Below are positions 52,201-64,000 of a stretch of DNA of 64,000 bases, piece after piece. Position 1 is the first letter of the stretch. The number at the start of each line of letters is the position of its first letter. Position numbers and translations under genes: made by a program. The notes under the pieces are model-generated. The model saw only the letters and a program-made list of their open reading frames with translations. It was not told the origin of the DNA and made no database searches. The DNA is from Camelus ferus (Eukaryota). The stretch is from assembly GCF_009834535.1 (NCBI RefSeq), contig NC_045696.1:64730001-64794000 (forward strand). The letters run 5' to 3'.

Positions 52201-52948
52201 GGGAAGTTTTGCCAGACCTAGAGGGACCAGATCAGGTGCCCGGTGTGGGTGAGGGCAGGCACTGGCATGATCCTGGCACACCAGTCAGGGTTCCAGGCAG
52301 CATCCAATCCACTGTCTCCAGGAGCATCAGCAATGGCTGAAGTGCTGAGCCTGAATGGGCTACATTGCCCAGGTGTGTTCCCTCTCCTCAGCAATGGCAG
52401 CCAGCCATTGCCCTACCAGGGAGCTGTGCCAGATCTAGACACACCAGGACACATGCTGGGGCAGTTGTGGGAAACTGGCCAGAACCCTGGGCAGTTTCAA
52501 TCTGCTTCCTCTGCCTTGTTCTTGGGAGTAAACAAGCAGGTGCACACTCTTCACGAGTGAAATCTAGGTTTCTTACAGCCCTCCTGTTAGTCTCACTGGT
52601 TTTCAAACCAGCTAATGGGACTCATCTTCCCAGTGTCAGATCCTAGGGCTAGGGTGCTTAATATGTGGCTCAAACCCTACACTCCCCAAGGATAATCTCT
52701 GAGGCATGATATCCCCCTCCTTTTCTGTCTTCCCTCCTAGGGCCAGGGGGCCCATCCTGATGACTTCTCTTTCCTTCCTACCCTACTCTCTGTGTATCTT
52801 TCTTACAGCCTTGGTTGTAGAAGAGTCTTTCTGCCAGTCTCCAATGTGTCTTCAGTGAGAATTGCTCCATATATAGATGTGTTTTTGACATGTTCATGAG
52901 AAGAATGAGCTCAGTGTCCTCCTACTCCACCATCTTGATTTCCTCCCC
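49270..52948 (-). mobile_element. Internally deleted L1 (5' UTR, ORF1, start of ORF2, late ORF2 piece, 3' UTR piece)
   Basis: 5' end reads GGGGAGGAAATCAAGATGGTGGAG on the minus strand; ORF 49390..49659(-) is late ORF2 ([13 protein letters not shown]); abrupt junctions near 49375 and 49670. Confidence 0.8.
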
Positions 52949-53928
52949 TGTAGTTCTCTTGTTATGAATGAACCTTAGGACTTTTCACATGTTTAAAAGT
53001 AAATTATGTCTCCTGCATAGCTCATATCTTTAAATTCTTTGTAAGTTTTTAAATTTAGTGTACATTTGCAAATATTTTCCCCAAATGGAAAATCCACAAT
53101 AACAGTTCCTATTTTATTTCATTTCATCAGTGTTAATAGGCATTAATATTTAATATTAAACTTTAATATTAATTTTATTTTGTAAATATTTAATAGATGA
53201 TTTACTACATGTTATGAGTACTAAGATATAAACTATTAAAGATATATATGCTTAAATTTGTAGGTAAAGGGGCGCATAATCTCTTGGGGAAGATATATAT
53301 TTGCAGGCAGAAGAAAACAAATTCTGTGGTAGAGGAACTATAGTATGCTATGGGAGCTCAAAGGAGGTTGTTGAGTTGGGAAAGAGGGGGGATACATCAG
53401 AGCAAATTACCCAGAGAGAGCACTGTGGCATTTTTGATAGATCTGAAAGAATATGCAGGACATTTAGAATCAAATAAGTGTTCAGGTGATAGGAGTGAGA
53501 ACACCTGGAAATGCACCCCTATTTTTGTCATGAGTTTTGATTAATAAGCAAATGTTGCTTCCTTGAAATTCATAAATATTAGCTATCGTGGATTGATTGA
53601 CTTCATTTCTCACAATAAACAACTCATACTTGGCTATGATAAGTTAGAAACATTTTCCTTCTATTTGACTCAGATAACTCACCTTTAAAATTTTCTTATA
53701 GATGGCAAGGTCTGCATTTATTCAAAGCAAGTTGTTAAAGTGCTACTAGAAGAGAATGGAAAATGTGCAACTGTAGCAGCAAATTCTGAAGTATTAATTA
53801 TTTGAAAATTAGAGTCTAAGGGTGTAAGGTTGGAGGATATGCATAGAGGCCTCACTCATTAACTTGACCTAAGCAGTTTGATCAGAAAGTAATGTAAAAG
53901 TAACAACAGTATTCTTTGCCTGCTTTTT

Positions 53929-56225
53929 TTTTTTTACATTTTGTATTGAGTTATAGTCAGTTTACAATGTGTCAATTTCCAGTATAGAGCACAATTTTTC
54001 AGTTATACATGAACATACATATATTCATTGTCGCATCCTTTTTCTCTGTGAGCTACAACAAGATCTTGTATATATTTCCCTGCGCTATACTGTATAATCT
54101 TGTTTATCTATTTTGCATGCTCCTGTCAGTATCTACAAATTTTGAACTCCCAGTCTATCCCTTCCCACCCTGCTCCCCACTGGCAACCACAAGTTTGTAT
54201 TCTATGTCTATGAGTCTGTTTCTGTTATTTATTTATTTATTTATTTTAGATTTCACGTATGAGCAATCTCATATGTTATTTTTCTTTCTCTTTCTGGCTT
54301 ACTTCACTTAGAATGACATTCTGCAGGGACATCCATGTTGCTGCAAATGGTATTATGTTGTCGGTTTTTAAGGCTGAATAGCATTCCATGGTATAAATAT
54401 ACCACTTCTTTATCTAGTCATCTGTTGATGGACATTTAATGGCTATTTCCATGTCTTGGCTATTGCGAATAGTGCTGCTATGAACATTGGGCTGCAGGTG
54501 TCTTTTTGAAGTAGGGTTCCTTCTGGTTATATGTACAGCAGTGGGATTACTGGGTCATATGGTAAGTCTATTCCTAGTCTTTTGAGGGATCTCCATACTG
54601 TTTTCCACAGTGGCTGTACCAAACTGCATTCGACTAGTAGTGCAGGAGGGTTCCCTTTTCTCCACAGCCTCTCCATCATTTGTCATTTGTGGACTTGTGA
54701 ATCATGGCCATTCTGGCTGGTGTGAGGTGATACCTCATTGTAATTTGATTTGCATTTCTCTGATAATTAGTGATATTGAGAATTTTTTCATGTGCCTATT
54801 GATCATTTGTATTTCTTCCTTGGAAAACTGCTTGTTTAGGTCTTCTGCCCATTTTTGGATTGGGTTGTTTGTTTTTTTCTTATTAAGTTGTGTGAGCTGC
54901 TTATATATTCTGGAGATCAAGCTTTTGTCAGTTTTATCTTTTGCAAAAATTTTCTTCCATTCTGTTGGTTGTCATTTTGTTTTGCTTATGGTTTCCTTTG
55001 CTGTGCAGAAGGTTGTAATTTTCATTAGGTCCCATTTGTTTATTCTTGCTTTTATTTCTATTGCTTGGGTAGACTGCCCTAGAAGAACATTTTTGAGATG
55101 TATGTGAGATAATGTTTAGCCTATGTTTCCTTCTAGGAGGTTTATTGTATCTTGTCTTATGTTTAAGTCTTTGATCCATTTTGAGTTTATTTTTGTGTAT
55201 GGTGTAAGGAAGTGTTCTAGCTTCATTGATTTGCATGCTGCTGTCCAGTTTTCCCAACACCATTTGCTGAAGAGACTGTCTTTATTCCATTGTATATTCT
55301 TGCCTCTTTTGTCAAAGATTAGTTGACCAAAAGTTTGTGGGTTCATTTCTGGGCTCTCTATTCTGTTCCATTGGTCTATATGTCTGTTTTTGTACCAATA
55401 CCAGGCTGTCTTGATTACTGTTGCTCTATAGTATTGTCTGAAGTCTGGGAGAGTTATTCCTCCAGCCTCTTTCTTTTTCCTCAGTAATGCTTTGGCAATT
55501 CTAGGTCTTTTGTGGTTCCATATAAATTTTATTATGATTTGTTCTGTGAAATATGTCCTGGGTAATTTGATAGGGATTGCATTAAATCTGTAGATTGCCT
55601 TGGGCAGTGTGACCATTTTAACAATATTGATTCTTCCAATCCAAGAGCATGGGATATCTTTCCACTTTTTTAAAGTCTTCTTTAATTTCCTTAATCAATG
55701 TTTTATAGTTCTCCATGTACAGTCTTTCACCTCCTTGGTTAGATTTATTCCTAGGTATTTTATTCCTTTTGGTGCTATTTTAAAGGGGATTGTTTCTTTA
55801 CTTTCTTTTCCTGTTTATTCATCATTAGTGTAAAGAAAGGCAACTGATTTTTGTACATTAATCTTGTAACCTGCTACCTTGCTGAATTCCTTGATTAGTT
55901 CTAGTAGTTTTTGTGTGGACCTTTTAGGGTTTTCTATGTATAGTATCATGTCATCTGCATATAGTGACACTTTTACCTCTTCTTTTCCAATTTGGATCCC
56001 TTTTATTTCTTTGTCTTGCCTGATTGCTGTGGCTAGGACTTCCAAGACTATGTTGAATAGGAGTGGTGATAGTGGGCAGCCTTGTCTTGTCCCAGATTTT
56101 AGTGGGAAGCTTTTGACTTTTTCACTGTTGAGTACTATGCTGGCTGTAGGTTTGTCATATATAGCTTTTATTATGTTGAGATGTGATCCCTCTATACCCA
56201 CTTTGGTGAGCGTTTTTTTTTATCA
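53929..56225 (-). mobile_element. 5'-truncated young L1, about 2.3 kb, with 16-bp TSD
   Basis: ORF2 pieces at 55815..56201, 55116..55616 and 54735..54920; poly-T at the left end; TSD TCTTTGCCTG(C/T)TTTTT at 53913-53928 and 56226-56241 followed by GA (TTTT/GA endonuclease site). Confidence 0.97.
54500..56225 (-). pseudogene. Frameshifted L1 ORF2 (partial reverse transcriptase and C-terminus)
   Basis: [56 protein letters not shown] motifs split over several frames. Confidence 0.95.
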
Positions 56226-56598
56226 TCTTTGCCTGTTTTTTGAACCTGGTAAGGCAAGATATACCTATGGTGAGATTATGGCCCTGTAGCTAATAGTGAT
56301 CTGATGGAACATAGGACAGGACTAGGGGTAAATATAGTGTGAATCCTGGTTGCTGGTTCTTTTCAGAAGAAGAGTTTGTTCTTTAGTGGAGGCAGTACCA
56401 ATTAAGTGTGGCTAAAAAGTAAGATGGTAACATTTATTAAGCTTTGGACACTGGATATTTAAGTAAAAGTCGTCTTCTTCAGTTCAGCTCAAGTTTCTTA
56501 GTCTATTTAAGGCTTTTACTAACAGCTTACTTCCCACTTTCAAAAGGCAGACTGAACCACTCCCTTCCTTGTACCTTCACTGAACTCTGCAGTGCTAC

Positions 56599-57245
56599 TG
56601 ATGCAGGAAAAACGGATGTGAGGTGTGAGAAGGGCCGTGTTCTAGGTCTCTGTTGAGCTCCTGGGACGTGCCACGCCAAGTGTGGGTCCTTGACTTCGTG
56701 CAAGAAAGGATTCAAGTGCGAGCCACAGTTTAGCAAAGGTAGATTTACTTAGAGGGATACACACTGCATACAGTGTAAGGCAAGAGAAAGGCAAGGAAAG
56801 AGGTGTGGGAGTGGGGTGCTCAGGTTAAAGCAAAAGTAGGTACACACTCCATAGACAGAGTGTGGGCTGTCTCCGAAGAGGAGGGAGCGAGAAAGGGTGG
56901 CCAGGCTTGGTGTCAGTTTTTATGGGCTTGGTAGCTTCACACACCTACAGGTCGGACCATTCCAACTACCCTGGGGAAGGGGCTGGGGTTCCCAGGAATC
57001 TGGCCACTGCCCACCCTTTGACATTTTGCAGTTAGCCTTGGGATTGTTATGGTGCCTGCAGGCATGTTATTGATCACACTAATATGTTACAATGAGCATA
57101 TAATGAAGCTCAGGGTCTACTAGAAGTCAGACCTACCACCATGTTAATCCTCAAGGCCAACTAGGAGTTGAATCTTCCACCATTTTGGTGTTAATTGCCG
57201 TCATTCCTTGAATGGCTGTGCCCTACCCCCTTCCATCCTGTCTCA
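56599..57245 (-). mobile_element. MER41-like ERV1 solo LTR (647 bp)
   Basis: TG...CA termini; 4-bp TSD CTAC at 56595-56598 and 57246-57249; GGGTCCTTGACTTCGTGCAAGAAAGGATTC and ACTCCATAGACAGAG resemble antisense MER41 as I recall it; minus-strand CATAAAAA and AGTAAA. Confidence 0.82.
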
Positions 57246-57589
57246 CTACTAGTGCAGCAAAGCTGGTTTTACTTATGGTTTACACATCTCTTTTCCTTTA
57301 CTAGCTTTTTTAGGGCAAGGCATTAGATTTAGTTCCTAAATAATTGTGGGGAGAGTACATAAATGACTGAATGGGTTAAAAGATATCTTGAACCCTTACA
57401 CCTTTTCCCAATGACAATGACCTTATTTTGAAGTCCTATCTTAAGATTTTTAAAAATTTTAATTTAATATAGTTTAATTAAATTTCAGTGCCATCTCTGG
57501 TAACAAATATTGTCTTTTAAAAGTGGGTTTTTCCCAATAGAAAAATAGGAAAGTGACATGAACTGACAGTCCTCCCCCACCAAATAAAA

Positions 57590-60500
57590 GTTCTCAAGTG
57601 AAAAAATATTCAACCTCACTCATAATTAGAAACTTGCAAATTAAGATGATATTACAATAAAACTGATAAAAATACAAAAGAAGGACAATACATTCTATTG
57701 GTGAGGCTATGAGGAAATAGGCACTCTCACATATTGCTGGTAGGAATCCAAATTCATACAAGTCTTTTTTCCCTCTTTTTCAAAAAATTATGTTTCAGAT
57801 GTTCAGCATTATAATTCAACATTGTATACATTACAAAGTGATCACTATCACAACTATCACAATGATTTGCCACCGTACATTTGACCCCCTTAACCCATTT
57901 TACCCAGCACCAACCCTGTTGCCCTCTGATAACCACTAATCCCTTCTGTGTATATAAATATGTTTTTGTTTTGTTCTTTGTTCTTTTCTTTTGTTTCTTT
58001 TTAGATTCCACATATGAGTGAAACCATACACACTTGTCTTTCTCCATCTGATTTATTTCACTTACATAATGCCCTCAGGTTTCATCCATGTTGTCGCAAA
58101 TGGCAGGATTTCATTCTTTTTTATGGCTAAGTAGTATTCCATTGTATATATACATTGCTTCTTTATCCATTTTTCTATTGCTGGACTCTTGGGTTGTTTC
58201 TATATCCTGAATGTTGTAAATATGCTGCCAATGAACATAGGGATACATACATCTTTTCAAATTAGTGTTTTCATATTCTTTGGATAATGAACTAGAACCA
58301 GAATAGCTGCATCACACTGTAGTTTTACTCTTAATTTTTTGAGGAATCTCCATACTGTTTTCTACTGAGGCTGCACCAATTTACTATTCTACCAATGATG
58401 TATGATGTCTCCCTTTTCTTCACATCCTTTTCAATATCTGCTATTTCTTGTCTTTTTAATGATAGCCATTTTAACATGTGTGAGGTGTTATCTCACTGTG
58501 GTTTCGATTTACATTTCCCTAATAATTAGTGATGTTGAACATCTTTTCATATGCCTTTTGGCCATTTGTATATCTGTCAAGTAGATTGCTTATCTTCATT
58601 TTATTTAGTTCTTTTTCTGAGGTTTGTCTTGTTCTTTTAATACAATAGAAACATATTCCTTGTCTCCTCATTTTGCTTAATTCTCTGTGCTTGTTACCAT
58701 ATATTAGGTAAATCAGCTACCTCTTCCATTCTTGAATGTGTGGCCTTAAGTAGGCAATGTCCTATGGGTCTGAGAAGCACAATCCTGGCCACTGGAGCCA
58801 GGCTCTCAAGGGGTGTCCCCTGTGTGAGCTGCATCAGCCCTCCTGTCGTGGCAGGAGGAGGTGGCTGCTGCAGTGCGCTGGTGGGAGGAGACAGCGCCGC
58901 CATACAAACCTTTCAAAGGGAAACTGGAAATAGCTAATAAAACTACCTGTATACTTACTTTTTCATTTGGCATTCTCATGTCTAGAATCTACCCTGAAGA
59001 CATACCTCCAGCAATATGAAAATAATGTGCATTTTATTTATTGCAATATTGTTTGTAATTACAAAATATTGAACGTAACCTAAATGCCACTACATAGGAG
59101 AATGTGTGCTCTTTTGTGCAAAAGAAGCCTAGGGGAGATAAACCAGAAATTAGAGAGACCACTTACCTATTAGGGGTTGGTGGGAAAGGAGTGGAAAGAA
59201 GGGGAAATGGGATCAGGGCAGGAGGGATGAGAGTATAACACTAGAGTGTACTTTTTATAGCTTTGACTTTTGGAACCATCGAAACATTCCATGTTTTACA
59301 CACTTAAATAAGAAAATACTTAAATATAATTAATTTTAATTAAAGAATTAAAATCAACCAGTATGGAAGATAAGCAATACCAGATGAACCTAACTGGATT
59401 AGAAGCGAATACCTAAACCACACTGAAGCGAATGGAGAAGAAAAGAAAAAACCTATCAAAAACCAAATCAAAAATAGTATTTTGACTGTACATTGTAAGG
59501 CTAAAGACAAAAACAAATGTGTGTCAATACTGCACTCTAGTAATAAATCTTGTTTCTCACAGGAGTATTGGTTAAGAATTCTGTAACTATTTTAAGGGTT
59601 TGTGAGGATTGAATAAATAAGTGAATACACTATAAATAACAAAATATTTTTCACTGTCATAAAAAGAAGTTACAAATAAGGAAAGGAAAAAGACTAAAAT
59701 GAAATTTGTGGTATTGGATTGGAATCATAGGTATTAGCCATCTATATATAGATACCTATATATATAGATACATACATATATATATGTATTAGCATAAATA
59801 CATGTATTAGCATCTTTATATATGTCCATATCTATACCTATCTATAAATACCTATTATATATCTACATATAGATACATCTATACATAGATATTTCTACAT
59901 ATCTGCATATCTCTATCTACAGGGAGAAAGAGATATAGAAAAAAATATGATGTATGTGTATGTGTGGGTTTGCATGCACACATACATATATTTTGTAGCT
60001 CTCTCCACTGAAAGAATGTTGCATCACTGACATCCCAGTAACCATAAGCACACTTGGCACCCAGATTTTGGTTCCTAAATACTATTTTCCAATAAAATGA
60101 ACTAAGACTCATTGGAGAATTAGTTGATTCCAGATCTGGGGCAGGAAAAATAAAAGATAAACCTGGAATATTTTGTGATGCCAGAAAATTAAGGAACTGC
60201 TCAAAAAGGGACGCTGGAACCAAGCAGAAGGGTCTCCCAATGGCTAAATCTGAAACAATTTGAACCCCAAAATAAAAAATGATAGCATTGCCTTATGACC
60301 CATGGAATAAATGTCCATGAGGCTATACTGATGTAAATAAATAATTGAATACATAAATGAGTGGGGGAAAGGGGCTAGCACTTACAGAAGAATCCCCATT
60401 ACAACAGAAGGAATGAGGAGAATATAGTCACTATTAGGAAAACAGCACAATAGTACTTGCTGCAAGCAAGACCCTCCAGTGGATGCTAGAATCAGAGGAT

Positions 60501-61145
60501 GCAAGTCTGAGGGGAAACAGGATATTAACATGGCCTCAAAGTTTCTTCCTCAAGAAATGTATCAACTATAGGTGAAAATAAAACGCATCTTGACAGTATA
60601 GAAACCTAGCAGACACTACCTTAACCAAGTAATTGATGTTGATTTCACTAGTTGACATCACGTAGCTCTTGATAATGATGTACTGAAAAGGATACGGCAT
60701 CACTTCCGTGGCGTCCTTGCTGAAAAAGGAATACCCTTAGACTAATCATTAGAAAGCATCTGACAAACCCAGACTGACAGACAGTCCACAAAAGATGTGA
60801 CTAATGTTTACTAGAAGTTTTAAAGTCCTGAAAGACAAGGAGAGACTGGGGGACTGTCATGGATTAAAGGAGATTAAGGAGACACAACTTAGTGCAAGGT
60901 AGATCCTAGTCGGATCCTGAAACACAAAAAGGATCTTAGAGGGGGAAAAAAAATGGTAAAGGTTCACTAAAGTTTGCAGTTTATTTGACAGCATGGTACC
61001 AGTGTAAATTTTCTCATTTTGATAATTGCACACTGGTTATTTGAGTTGTTAATACTGAGAGAAGTTGGGCTAAGAGTATATATGAACTCTATTATTTTGC
61101 ATCTTATCTGTATGTCTAAATTTATTTCAAAATAAAAAGTTTAGA
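57590..61145 (+). mobile_element. Old L1MC-type ORF2 end and long 3' UTR, interrupted by the 57768-58900 insertion
   Basis: CAACCTCACTCATAATTAG...GCACTCTCACATATTGCTGGTAGG resumes at TTTCAAAGGGAAACTGG; ends GTCTAAATTTATTTCAAAATAAAAAGTT; internal (TA)-rich tract at about 59740-59990. Confidence 0.8.
57768..58900 (-). mobile_element. Chimeric or deleted L1: L1MA-type 3' end fused to a 5' UTR/ORF1-start piece
   Basis: 3' UTR and ORF2 end to about 58575, then a segment similar to 51730-51900; degenerate TSD CATACAAGTCTTT (57755-57767) and CATACAAACCTTT (58901-58913). Confidence 0.75.
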
Positions 61146-61350
61146 GAAGAATAAATAAAAGAAAAATGGTAAATTAAAAAAAAAACTGAGGAAGAAGATA
61201 ACCAAAACAAATAAACAAACAAACATTCATCTGTTTGCTTTTTGGAAAATGGGTAAATGTTATTTTAGCATATTGGGACCATATGTCATTATAAAGTAAG
61301 CTTGCTGCTGGTGACTTTTTTGGTACATCTAATACAATGTATTTTGTTGC

Positions 61351-61690
61351 TGTCTTTGTGTGTTTGGGCTGCTATAACAAAAGTACCAGAGATTGAGTGG
61401 CTTAAACAATAAACATTTATTTCTCCCAGTTCTGGAGGCTGGGAAGTCCACGATCAAGTTACCTGCAGAACTGGTGTTTGGTGAGGGCTCACTTCCTGGC
61501 TTGTAGATGGCCATTTTCTCTGTCTTCACATGGTGAAAGGTGAGACGGGGCTCTCTAGGTTTTCTTTTATAAGGACACTAATCCATTCATGAGAGTGAAG
61601 CTTCCCAAAGGCCCCATTCCCAAAACCTTGGAGATTAGAATTTCAACATATGAATGTTAGGGAGATACAAAATTCAGTCTCTGATAGTTA
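61351..61690 (-). mobile_element. MaLR MLT1A-like solo LTR
   Basis: GGGCTGCTATAACAAAAGTACCAGAGATTGAGTGGCTTAAAC...CAGTTCTGGAGGCTGGGAAGTCC...TTTCAACATATGAAT. Confidence 0.88.
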
Positions 61691-64000
61691 CCTATCAAAA
61701 CTGAATTTGATGGTATTCCTAAGAAACAAGATACAGGCATAGTTTTTACCCTAGCAGTCAGTGGACTAGACACATAACATAGAACAAAGATACTATGTTA
61801 GCTATCCAACTGGTTTTGATTTTTCAGTTTACATGTTGGTTTGGTTTCTTTATGAAATAAAGTTGCTTTTCTTTTAATAGACATTTTGCCATTAATATAC
61901 CCATTAAAAGTTTTTGGGCCTGAATATGCTATTACTGATTCAATGTAGGCTTCCAAACAGATAAATACACTGATTAATTGCACAGCTGATGCCAAGAGTC
62001 AACAGATTTCTATGTTTAACGTGAACGGAAATATGTTAAATTACCACTTAAAAATCTCCAAGCTCCCTCATACAATTATTAATTTCTACAAACTGTGAGC
62101 AAATAACTCTTCGTAAAATGAAAAATTTAGATACTAAAAATTTAAATAAGTTCACCTACCATTGTTTACTAGGTTCCCTAATCCCTCTCAGAAAGTGATA
62201 AATGATTTCATTTTGAAATCATGCTGGTGAGTCACTTGCTAGGGTTGGTCCAAGGTCAATAAGAAAACAGAAAGACTGTCTAACTTAAAAAAGAATCTTA
62301 ATTAGAGACAGATAATGTAATTTAAAAATTGGTCATTATATAATAGTGCATCTTCAGTTTAAAATTTAAAAATATGGTTGCCAGTAAAAATGTGATTTTG
62401 GCTTATGTAATAATATGCAGAAAGCAGAAAATTGGAAAGTTTTGCTTAAACTAACATATGCCATTTCCCTGTTGTCCATTGTGCTCCTGGCTACTACTAT
62501 CTGCTGGTTTTGTTTTGTCTTGCTTTTGGATGTTATGGTGCGTGTAAAAAATGCAGTCTCCTTAGGTACTGTCTCAGATACTTTAGGAAGACTACATCTA
62601 ACGTATCTCAGGCAGTTGGATGTCACCTTAGGAGTTGCTTTAACAAGCATGTCCATCAAAGTCCTGATAACGTTAAGAATCTTTGTTTTTTAAACTAAAT
62701 CTGAGTAATACAATTCCATTGATTAACTCCCTTTTATATCTACTTTAATCAAATGTCCATAATATGTAATTAAGAAAATATTTGGCATCGAAATGTTATG
62801 TGCTCTCTTTGGTTTAATCTGAACTCATCTGATAGTCCAATAACAACCAAAAAAATCTATAAATGTGATCCCCCAGTTCTTTTATCAAGTACTATGATGA
62901 TCTACTTTCTTTGTGATGAATACACCTGACCATTAGAATCACTGTGACAGCCACTTAAAGACAGCAGGCCATGTGAATATTAATTGTGACAGTGTTGGCT
63001 TTTCTGCTGTTTTCTAAGGGTTTATAGTTCTCTTGAGGGGACAGAAGATTCACAGGTAAAGCCTTCCTAAAATCAAATAAAAAGGCCCCTGTGTTAGACC
63101 ACTAAGGAGTGCCTAGAACCCAGTTAGGCAGTTGATAATAGCACCTTATCTTGTGAAAACAATTACAGTCTTCAAAGCTCTTCACATGTGTCAAGTCACT
63201 GAATCCTTGCAACAACCTTGCCAGGGAGGCAGAAAGTATTATAAATATGAAAATTGATGCGCCAGAGGTCATGTGTGTTTTGAATCATACATGGACCTGC
63301 TTGCTCTGCTCTAGTTCCTTGGGGAACTGGGGCCTCATCCTATTCCTTTGCTACGTTTCAAGGAATAGCATCTCTCTCAAAGTAAAAAACAGCTCCATGC
63401 ATTGGGTTCCAGGGCAGAAGAGCTCTGCCGGAAAGCTCTCTGCCTCTGCTGCAGCAGGAAGGACTATTTTTGGATGTTTTCCTTTTGCTAATTATCTCTC
63501 CATCCGTGGGGAATTTCTATAGGTAAAATCCCCAGATGAACCAAGTTTCTCACTAATTCCCGCAGAGACCGGGAAGACAAAGGCCATAGCCCAGTGTGCC
63601 CTGGGGCCTCAGAACCTCTCCAGTGGTGACAGTATGGTGGCTTCAGAGAGTTCTTCAAGGACCATGGAGCCTACAAAGCTTTGGTGTTCGCATGAACAAT
63701 GGGGCTAAGGGGCCACTGGAAGGAAGGCCTGGACATACCTCCTTGAGTCGTGGAACCACCCCAAATGACCTTGCCTGGAGCTCAGTTATGGAAAGAGTTA
63801 AGAGAATGTGGAACCAATGGTGGCTGAGGGCTCAAGAGGCCCCCATGGTGTTCTGACTTTCCTCCATCACCTCTAAGAGGAAAAAGGAAGAGACTTCTGA
63901 AAGAGTATTTTTCCAGGCAACTTCAACCTTAAGCTTCAAGCTCCGGGGAACCCCACAGGAACTGTGAAGGATTAGCCTAGAGAAAAGAAAGAGAAAAGGG

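Noticed and set aside
54610..56289. Hydrophobic + strand ORFs (also 11275..11691)
   Set aside because: Antisense reading frames of L1 ORF2, a common artefact.

Overview
This window is mammalian genomic DNA, most likely camelid (alpaca, llama or camel). The evidence is five copies of a tRNA-Ala(AGC)-derived SINE resembling camelid Vic-1, plus cetartiodactyl-type L1 3' ends. I recognise no intact protein-coding gene; the only identifiable protein remnants are broken L1 ORF2 pieces. Most of the window is interspersed repeat: young L1s with target-site duplications (TSDs), old L1M, L2, MIR, MaLR/MLT LTRs, two ERV1-type solo LTRs with 4-bp TSDs (one MER41-like), and hAT-Charlie and Tigger-like DNA transposons. 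The main non-repeat feature is a CpG island at about 22.5-23.3 kb, probably a promoter or first exon of a gene I cannot name, flanked by CTCF motifs. L1 orientation bias and a few + strand exon-like segments suggest the window lies within large introns of a + strand gene. I found no convincing new biological system. The best leads are the CTCF-bracketed promoter, STAT-type motifs in the MER41-like LTR, a cluster of quasi-palindromes at 14.9 kb and two internally deleted L1s. Repeat family names come from recognition by eye, not a database search, and boundaries of old repeats are approximate.
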